Source: a virus
IMG/VR virus record: IMGVR_UViG_3300045988_120893
Span: 1,821 to 65,820 of that record
Direction: 5' to 3' (one strand)
Length of the DNA stretch: 64,000 bases
Part shown: positions 1 through 6,086 of the stretch, one piece after another
How positions within the stretch are numbered: position 1 is the stretch's first letter
Layout of the letters: each line of letters begins with the position of its first letter
Translations under genes and position numbers: made by a program
Notes under the pieces: generated by a model
Told to the model about the DNA's origin: nothing
The model's database searches: none
Seen by the model: only the letters and a program-made list of their open reading frames with translations

Positions 1-965
1 TTATCTCTCTCAATGTCTTTCAGCTTGTTTCTCACATCATTGAAAGAATATCCGGCGGTATAGATACGGCTCTGTATGTCTGCACGGGCCTTTCCGATTC
101 TGTCTTTTTCTTCTGCTTCCAGTGAAATCATATTTCCTTTGATATCAGCTATTTCCGTGGAAATACGGTTCTTTTCCTCATACATGGAAGCTGTGTTTTC
201 AATAGCTGTTTCCGTATCTGAAATCTCTTTCTCCAATTCAGCAAGTCGAATTTCCTCTTTAGAAAAGTCTACTTCCTGAATGGAACTCTGCTCCTGGTCG
301 ATTCTGATAGGGATTTCAGCCTGTTTCTTCTTGTATCCCTTGATCGCTTCTTTCGTTACCTTTCGGAACTCTTCCAGCGATTTCTTTCCGACTTTTTCTT
401 TCAGTGCAGCATATTCCGGAAGGTTCAGAACATCCGAATCTGTTATATTAGCAATATGCTCTGTGAGGTATTCCCTCTGTTTCTTCCACGGCATTGCCGG
501 AAATGTGGCCGGATTGATAAGCATGTAGAACACGCTTTCATCCATGATTCCAGCGACTTTTTTCTTGTGCTCCGTTGCCGTTGTCGGGACACCATCCCAG
601 AAGAACTCCGTCTTGTCTCCCTCATATGTCTTTTCGGAATCTCCTGTATGTCTGACCCATTTCTGCTTCTGGACTTTTCGGATGGTTGTCTCTTCTCCGT
701 CAATTGAAAGCACGATTTCAGCTACAACATCCACATGGTCGATATTGACACCGTTCTTGTCATATCTTCGTGGGTGGAAGTGCTTTCCCTCAACATTACC
801 GGTGCTGCTCTTCCCGAAAAGAACCCATGACACCATATCGGCTATGCTGCTCTTTCCGGTGTAGTTCTTCGCATATACACTGGATTCTTTACCAAAGGAC
901 AGCGTGATGTCCTTAAATACTTTGAAATTTTCCGCATGTGCGGATTTTAAAATTATATGTTTCAT
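1..965 (-). CDS. SMC/SbcC/RecF-like AAA ATPase, N-terminal part (runs off window start)
   Basis: Own translation from ATG 963-965: MKHIILKSAHAENFKVFKDITLSFGKESSVYAKNYTGKSSIADMVSWVLFGK..., with Walker-A-like NYTGKSS then a long E/K-rich coiled-coil-like stretch. I checked the frame codon by codon and it is open to base 1. It is absent from the track because there is no stop in the window. Track ORFs 76-864(+) are its antisense shadows. Confidence 0.6.
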   Translation of the reverse strand, partial: MKHIILKSAHAENFKVFKDITLSFGKESSVYAKNYTGKSSIADMVSWVLFGKSSTGNVEGKHFHPRRYDKNGVNIDHVDVVAEIVLSIDGEETTIRKVQKQKWVRHTGDSEKTYEGDKTEFFWDGVPTTATEHKKKVAGIMDESVFYMLINPATFPAMPWKKQREYLTEHIANITDSDVLNLPEYAALKEKVGKKSLEEFRKVTKEAIKGYKKKQAEIPIRIDQEQSSIQEVDFSKEEIRLAELEKEISDTETAIENTASMYEEKNRISTEIADIKGNMISLEAEEKDRIGKARADIQSRIYTAGYSFNDVRNKLKDIERD

Positions 966-985
966 CCTTTTTCCCCTTTCTATTA

Positions 986-1309
986 TTATTTGAAAGCGTT
1001 TACATTTGTGCTAACAACAAGATATATAAACGCTTTGTTTGTTGGCGGAGTGTTCAAATTGTAGTTCCTCCGGAAATATTTCTTTTTCATATCTTCCGGT
1101 GCCGTGCTCCACCATTTTTGTATTGCATAACGGATTCCTGAAAGTATGTTATCCGTTGTAGTTAAAAATCTGGATGCTAATTCTATGTATAAGTCCTTCA
1201 TCCAGATTCTATTGTTTCCTTCCCCAATGATTTCAAGTGCAGCATCCATATATCTTGCACCACGTATGGATTCATCAAAACCAAGGAGAAGGAGTTTTTC
1301 ACTCTTCAA
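986..1309 (-). CDS. Spo0A C-terminal (DNA-binding effector) domain-only protein
   Basis: Track ORF 986-1396. GFDESIRGARYMDAALEII..LYIELASRFLTTTDNILSGIRYAIQKWW..PPTNKAFIYLVV aligns by eye with the Spo0A effector domain (G.P..IKGY.YLR.AI..LY.DIAKKF.TT.SRVERAIRHAIE.AW..KPTNSEFIA). Start moved to TTG 1307-1309, 8 nt after AAAGGAG, because the upstream codons are the conserved leader repeat. Confidence 0.7.
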   Translation of the reverse strand: MKSEKLLLLGFDESIRGARYMDAALEIIGEGNNRIWMKDLYIELASRFLTTTDNILSGIRYAIQKWWSTAPEDMKKKYFRRNYNLNTPPTNKAFIYLVVSTNVNAFK

Positions 1310-1331
1310 TAGTCTCACTCCTTTCCGTTTT

Positions 1332-1403
1332 GGAATTTCACCCCGCAAATTTTCAGCCGTCGGCGGTCGCTGTTGCCAGACTATACCCCATGGCAACCTG
1401 GGG
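1332..1403 (-). repeat. Conserved leader element, left copy (inverted partner of 10002-10073)
   Basis: Minus-strand read CCCCAGGTTGCCATGGGGTATAGTCTGGCAACAGCGACCGCCGACGGCTGAAAATT (1403->1348) is identical over 56 nt to 10002-10057. Similarity continues about 16 nt further (GCGgGGTGaAATTCC). It lies between promoter A and the Spo0A-like gene. Confidence 0.85.
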
Positions 1404-1409
1404 AAATTA

Positions 1410-1467
1410 GTTTCTGTGTTCTTCTGTGTTTCAAATATATAATAATACAGAATTTTGGAAACGTCAA
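1410..1467 (-). promoter_or_regulatory. Early promoter A plus ACAGAA motif
   Basis: Minus strand: TTGACG (1467-1462), 17-nt spacer, TATTAT (1444-1439), then GAAACACAGAAGAACACAGAAAC (1432-1410). Confidence 0.55.
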
Positions 1468-1513
1468 TATAAAAATGATAAAATTATACAAAAATATATA
1501 AAGAGGTTTTCAC

Positions 1514-2911
1514 ATGAAAAGAGTAGGGATATATTGCAGGGTATCTACAGACGGACAGAAAGAGAATACATCTATACCTGAGCAGAAGGACAGGTTGCTT
1601 GCGTTCTGCAAGGCTAAGGGGTGGGTTTGTGTCGATATGTTCATTGACCCTGGGTACAGCGGCGCTTCTCTGGAACGTCCAGCCATGGAAAGGATGATAA
1701 AATCAGTTGTGAATAAAAAGATTGATGTAGTATTAGTAACCAAACTAGACAGGCTTTCAAGATCACAGAAAGATACACTATATCTTATAGAAGAATTGTT
1801 CCTTCCGAACAATGTAGACTTTGTGTCTGTAGCTGAGTCATTCGATACGACTTCAAGCTATGGCAGGGCCATGATTGGTATATTGTCAGCGTTCGCACAG
1901 CTGGAGCGGGAATTGATTTCGGAGAGGACTTTCAGCGGACGTGTCGGAAGAGCAAAGGAAGGGAAATGGCATGGTGGCGGCACCCATCCGATCGGATACG
2001 ACTATATTGACGGAGAGCTGGTTGTGAATGATTCAGAAGCAGACCAGGTAAGGAAGGTCTATGATCTGTATGCTTCCGGTGTTCCGATAACTTCGATCTG
2101 TGAGAGGATGGAAGGAGAAAAAACGAAACACGGTGACTGGCACCATCCGGAGACTGTTGCGAACGTATTAGACAACCCTCTGTATTCCGGAGCGATACAT
2201 TTTGATGATGCAACGAATCCTGGTATTCATACCGCCATCATTCCGAAAGACCTATGGGAAACTGTCAGGGACATAAGAAGCCGTATAGGAAGATATCCAA
2301 TGAGGGAAAGCCGGTACATTCTTACCGGTCTTGTTTACTGCAATAACTGCGGTGCCAGATACTTTGTTAAAAAGAACCCGAACGGCAATAAGTTCTACTG
2401 CTGCCATTCAAGAGCAAAGGTAAATAAAAAAATGATAAAAGACCCATCATGCAAGAATAAGAACTGGAGCATACATGAGCTTGAAGAGAAGGTATATAAG
2501 GAGATTAAGAGACTTGCGAAAAATCCGAACTTAATCCGGAACATGAAAAAAGAGCTGCCAAGTGGCAACTCTTTTCATAAAGCCCATGAGGAGATAGACG
2601 GTATCAATATAGAAATTGGTCGTCTTATGGACTTGTACCAGCGAAACGACCAGATTATACAGGTCGGGGAAATTGCAGAAAGAATCGACGAATTATATCA
2701 GAGAAAAGTGGCACTTATGAAGGCATCTCCTGATGAGGGTGTGGTGCGAGGTTTTAGTAAGGAGCGTGCGGTCATGGTGGTCTCTGATCTTCAGGCGGCC
2801 ATGCGTGAAAATAATAATATTGATTTCGTCAGGTATTCTTTGCTTCAACTGATTGACCGTATTGAGGTGGATGGGGAGAATGTTCATTTCTTGTGGTCAT
2901 TTGCTGATTGA
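1514..2911 (+). CDS. Large serine recombinase (integrase/resolvase family)
   Basis: 465 aa. N-terminal MKRVGIYCRVSTDGQ catalytic-Ser motif and LDRLSRS. C-terminal recombinase region with Cys cluster (CNNCGARYF..YCCHSR) and coiled-coil tail. AAAGAGG RBS before the ATG. Confidence 0.9.
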   Translation: MKRVGIYCRVSTDGQKENTSIPEQKDRLLAFCKAKGWVCVDMFIDPGYSGASLERPAMERMIKSVVNKKIDVVLVTKLDRLSRSQKDTLYLIEELFLPNNVDFVSVAESFDTTSSYGRAMIGILSAFAQLERELISERTFSGRVGRAKEGKWHGGGTHPIGYDYIDGELVVNDSEADQVRKVYDLYASGVPITSICERMEGEKTKHGDWHHPETVANVLDNPLYSGAIHFDDATNPGIHTAIIPKDLWETVRDIRSRIGRYPMRESRYILTGLVYCNNCGARYFVKKNPNGNKFYCCHSRAKVNKKMIKDPSCKNKNWSIHELEEKVYKEIKRLAKNPNLIRNMKKELPSGNSFHKAHEEIDGINIEIGRLMDLYQRNDQIIQVGEIAERIDELYQRKVALMKASPDEGVVRGFSKERAVMVVSDLQAAMRENNNIDFVRYSLLQLIDRIEVDGENVHFLWSFAD

Positions 2912-3020
2912 TAGGGGAATGTTTGTTCTTACCATTAAGAATTATATAACATATGTAAGTTATCTGTCTTTATCCAAAATTAAAATTTTAATGGAATTTC
3001 GACCTTTTTCTTACAATTAA

Positions 3021-3053
3021 AAAAGGGCAGAAAATTTATTTTCCGCCCTTTTC
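3021..3053. terminator. Bidirectional intrinsic terminator between recombinase and partition operon
   Basis: AAAAGGGCAGAAAAT/TT/ATTTTCCGCCCTTTTC: 11-bp stem with one mismatch, A-run on one side and T-run on the other. Overlaps the last codons of ORF 3036-3404. Confidence 0.5.
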
Positions 3054-3404
3054 TTCCCTTTTGATTTCCTCATGTTTTTTTACAACGAAATCCCTGAAAG
3101 CCTGGTTCGCATAACGCTTTTTATCTCCGTATTCCAGGCATAATGCGTTAAATGCTTCATAAAGGTCTTTTTCAATGTATATGGTATCCTTTACATAGTT
3201 TTCCTTAAATCCTCCGTCTTTTGGAAGAGGATCATATTCTTCTTTCCGCTTTTTCAGTTCTTCCGCAATCTCTTTCAATTTGCTGTCTTCTGATTCTCCG
3301 TCAACAATGCTTTTCACGACATCCGGACGTGATTTGTTCGTTTCCTTCTTCTGCTTCCCTATTTCAGCTAATCTCTTCTTAATCAGATCATTCGACACGC
3401 TCAA
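3036..3404 (-). CDS. Small partition-partner candidate (RHH/ParG-like C-terminus), hypothetical
   Basis: 122 aa. Overlaps the parA stop by 17 nt. K/E-rich N-terminus. C-terminus TIYIEKDLYEAFNALCLEYGDKKRYANQAFRDFV looks like strand-helix-helix. Function inferred only from position. Confidence 0.4.
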   Translation of the reverse strand: MSVSNDLIKKRLAEIGKQKKETNKSRPDVVKSIVDGESEDSKLKEIAEELKKRKEEYDPLPKDGGFKENYVKDTIYIEKDLYEAFNALCLEYGDKKRYANQAFRDFVVKKHEEIKREEKGGK

Positions 3405-4161
3405 CCATCTCCTTAACTAACTCAATGTAATCCTCTAATGCTTCTGCTTCTTTTTTGTATCTCATGCTTGTGCCGGTAAGTGCAAATTCTTTCAGTTTCG
3501 CCCTTCTCCTTATAACAGTGTCAAACACCATGGAACCGTAACGGCTTCTTATGTTTTCTTCCACTGACCGTTCCAGTGCATTACGCATATCTCTACACGT
3601 CAGTATGATACCTGCTATCTCTGCCCTTGTATGTCCATTTCCCTTTGCTTCCTTGATGTTATCAACGAATCGGTCTAACGCATCCATTCCGAACGCATCA
3701 GGCATTACAGGAATCATAATGTGGTCTGAACACACGATTGCATTCAGCACCAGGTCGCCAAGGTTCGGCGGGCAATCCATCAGAATATAATCATATTCAC
3801 TTTCAACAAGTCTCAGTGTGTTGTCCAGCTCCCGGATAGGGTTCTGAACCTTCTCCGTGTAGATATACCGACTGAATGTTACAAGCATATCGTCAGCTGG
3901 CAGCAGGTCAAGATTCTCCTTTGCACGGATGATATATCTGTCTGGCCGCTTCTCCTTGATGGCTTCAAGAACGGTATTGCCGCTGTTCTCATATATGCTT
4001 TTCTGCGTCACCATCTGCGTTGCGTTCCCCTGGCTGTCAAGATCGACAAGGAGAACCTTATACCCTGCGCCTGCCAATATGTCCGCCATAATAACTGTAG
4101 ACGTTGTTTTCCCTACTCCGCCCTTCTGAATTGCTACCATAATCCGTGTAGCCACTGGCAT
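3388..4161 (-). CDS. parA: ParA/Soj-type partition ATPase
   Basis: 257 aa. Deviant Walker A KGGVGKTT, DLDSQGN, Walker B-like YILMDCPP. Confidence 0.9.
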   Translation of the reverse strand: MPVATRIMVAIQKGGVGKTTSTVIMADILAGAGYKVLLVDLDSQGNATQMVTQKSIYENSGNTVLEAIKEKRPDRYIIRAKENLDLLPADDMLVTFSRYIYTEKVQNPIRELDNTLRLVESEYDYILMDCPPNLGDLVLNAIVCSDHIMIPVMPDAFGMDALDRFVDNIKEAKGNGHTRAEIAGIILTCRDMRNALERSVEENIRSRYGSMVFDTVIRRRAKLKEFALTGTSMRYKKEAEALEDYIELVKEMVERVE

Positions 4162-4186
4162 CCTGCTCCCTTATTCATTTTTCTGT

Positions 4187-4216
4187 ATCATACCATCATT
4201 CGTTATGTGTTATCAA
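4187..4216 (-). promoter_or_regulatory. Candidate parA promoter
   Basis: Minus strand: TTGATA (4216-4211), 18-nt spacer, TGgTATGAT (4195-4187), followed by ACAGAAAAA. Confidence 0.4.
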
Positions 4217-4259
4217 CTGTTGTTTTCTGTACTTTCAATATTCATGTTACGCACAATTC

Positions 4260-4907
4260 TTATCCTGCTGCCTTGATGATCGCCTTTTTTATTTCTTCTC
4301 CTTTTTTGGCTCCGATTCCTTTGATTTTCAAAATCTCTTCCACCATCAGGTCTGCAAATTTTTCTACTTCTTTCTTTTTTGCTTTCCTGTTTGCTATAGC
4401 TCCGAAGATCTGTTTGTTTAATTTTGCGATTTCGTGAAGGTTATTTGTGCTTTTTTCGAAACTTTTTTGTGAAAGTTTCTTTTTTATCATTTCTTTCTCA
4501 ACTTCCTCCTTAGCCATAGGAAGTTCAATATCAATACCTGCTTCTTCTTTAATTATTCCTTCGTATGTGGACCAGTTCACAAGTTCATCCGTCATAAGAC
4601 ATTCCGTTTTCAGTACATATCTGTCAATGAAACGTTCAAGATCTTCTTTTTTGAACTCAAATTCATCCATAAGTACCAACAGGCTCATTGCTTCTATGTT
4701 TTTAATCGTGTTCTTTTGAAATTCGTCAATGGTAACTTCGGCAGCTTTCAGCATTTCATTTTTTGACAATGGCAAACTGAACTTATGTACGTTCCTGAAT
4801 TTTATTTCTTCCTCTATCGCTTCTGCTCCGCCTTTTTTGCAAAGTAAAAGTGCTGCATTTAATCCTCTGCAGTATGCCTGGTTCATTTCTTCTGCGTTCA
4901 TTCTCAT
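4260..4907 (-). CDS. Hypothetical protein
   Basis: 215-aa ORF, non-repetitive composition, ATGA overlap with the upstream ORF. No motif recognised. Confidence 0.55.
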   Translation of the reverse strand: MRMNAEEMNQAYCRGLNAALLLCKKGGAEAIEEEIKFRNVHKFSLPLSKNEMLKAAEVTIDEFQKNTIKNIEAMSLLVLMDEFEFKKEDLERFIDRYVLKTECLMTDELVNWSTYEGIIKEEAGIDIELPMAKEEVEKEMIKKKLSQKSFEKSTNNLHEIAKLNKQIFGAIANRKAKKKEVEKFADLMVEEILKIKGIGAKKGEEIKKAIIKAAG

Positions 4908-5176
4908 TTTCTTCCCACCTCCATCATTAAATCATTCCTGGGTGCTGTTCTTCTGATTCTTACCGGCTTCTTCGACATTTCATCCACTATGCTAAGCGGC
5001 ATGATCGAAACCTGGTAGCCTTGTGCTTTGTTCGCAAGTGCCAATCCACCACTTAGAAGATATGCACAAAAGGCATGGTAAATCTTGTTTTCTTTCTTTA
5101 TTTTTTCCATCTCTTTCTCATTTGAAGAAATCTTTTTAAATTTTTTTCTGTTCTTTGCTTTTTCCCACCTATCCAT
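4904..5176 (-). CDS. Hypothetical protein
   Basis: 90-aa ORF in the same operon, translationally coupled to the next gene. Confidence 0.45.
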   Translation of the reverse strand: MDRWEKAKNRKKFKKISSNEKEMEKIKKENKIYHAFCAYLLSGGLALANKAQGYQVSIMPLSIVDEMSKKPVRIRRTAPRNDLMMEVGRK

Positions 5177-5209
5177 CTTCTTCCCATCCTTTCTTTCAAT
5201 TACTTTCTT

Positions 5210-5707
5210 TTAGCTTTTTTTCTTGTTTTTGCATATCGTTACGGCAATCGTTTCTTTTGTTGTTCCCATCTCTTCCGCTATCTGTTGATGTGTCCATCCG
5301 GCATCTCTTAATGCTAATATTTTCCCGATATCAAGTTTGTTTCGTTTCTTCTTTTTTTCTTCTGGCTCCTGCGGATCCTGTGTCCCTTCTGATTCATCTG
5401 ATTCTGTCTCTTCCTTCACTTCTTCCTGTGCTTTCTCCAGAAAGTCGCCCATCATTGATGTTGGCACAACTAATTCCGGTTCTGTACTCACTTCTTCCGG
5501 TTCTGTGACAACTTCATGGTTGTTCGCATAATCCAGAATCTTATTCACGCAATCGGGATGGTAATCACGTTCCCACTGCTCACGTAAGAAGTCAGATACA
5601 ATATCTCCGGTTTCCGTATCAACCCTGTTCGCTATGAGCCTTATATTTTCTCCTTTAATTTCTTTCTTGCAAAAATCACACATAATAATTTTTTTAACCA
5701 TTTTCAT
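5210..5707 (-). CDS. Zn-ribbon/HTH DNA-binding protein (putative regulator)
   Basis: 165 aa. N-terminal CDFC...HPDC, acidic T/E/P linker, C-terminal HTH-like KILALRDAGWTHQQIAEEMGTTKETIAV. Confidence 0.55.
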   Translation of the reverse strand: MKMVKKIIMCDFCKKEIKGENIRLIANRVDTETGDIVSDFLREQWERDYHPDCVNKILDYANNHEVVTEPEEVSTEPELVVPTSMMGDFLEKAQEEVKEETESDESEGTQDPQEPEEKKKKRNKLDIGKILALRDAGWTHQQIAEEMGTTKETIAVTICKNKKKS

Positions 5708-5720
5708 ATACTCCTTCCTA

Positions 5721-6041
5721 TCATTCTCTCACATAAGAACGATATGCTGCTTCTTTCCGTTTCCTTATCTCCGCAACCCTCTGACTGCTTGCAAGTTCCG
5801 GATTGTCATGCTGCAGTTTCTGCCTTGCCCTTCTGACACTTTCAAATGGCGGAAATCCATAGTCCTTCATGTGGAGAAGGAACCTTGGAATTGACATACT
5901 ATCAATATCAACTCCGTTCTTCTGTCCATAACGCTTCAGCACCATGTAATAAAGGTAATTATCATCATCCCTTGATTTTCGGTCAGATTCCAATATTTCC
6001 TTCACTGTTTCCGTTGTTCCTTGTAATCTTTCTTTCGACAC
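5721..6041 (-). CDS. Hypothetical protein
   Basis: 106-aa ORF upstream of the Zn-ribbon/HTH gene. No motif recognised. Confidence 0.5.
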   Translation of the reverse strand: MSKERLQGTTETVKEILESDRKSRDDDNYLYYMVLKRYGQKNGVDIDSMSIPRFLLHMKDYGFPPFESVRRARQKLQHDNPELASSQRVAEIRKRKEAAYRSYVRE

Positions 6042-6086
6042 ACATTTTTCTCCTTTCCGGACTTTAATCTAATTCAATGGATTGTG

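Noticed and set aside
76-864. Plus-strand track ORFs 76-279, 280-528, 456-707 and 544-864
   Set aside because: They have low-complexity S/F/L-rich translations. All lie antisense to a continuous minus-strand ATPase ORF (1-965) that has a clear Walker-A N-terminus.
986-1396. Full-length 136-aa version of the Spo0A-like ORF
   Set aside because: The N-terminal 29 codons (MPWGIVWQQRPPTAENLRGEIPKRKGVRL) are the translation of the conserved leader repeat that also occurs non-coding at 10002-10073. An RBS plus TTG lies downstream.
1332-1403. Leader repeat as a known riboswitch (ZTP, fluoride, cobalamin) or ribozyme (twister, hammerhead)
   Set aside because: There are short resemblances only: AGCGACC/CCGCC to ZTP, AAC..GCC..GGCUGA to fluoride, and GGUG(A/C)AAUUCC to the B12 core. 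The order of elements and the pseudoknot topology do not match the consensus architectures as I remember them.
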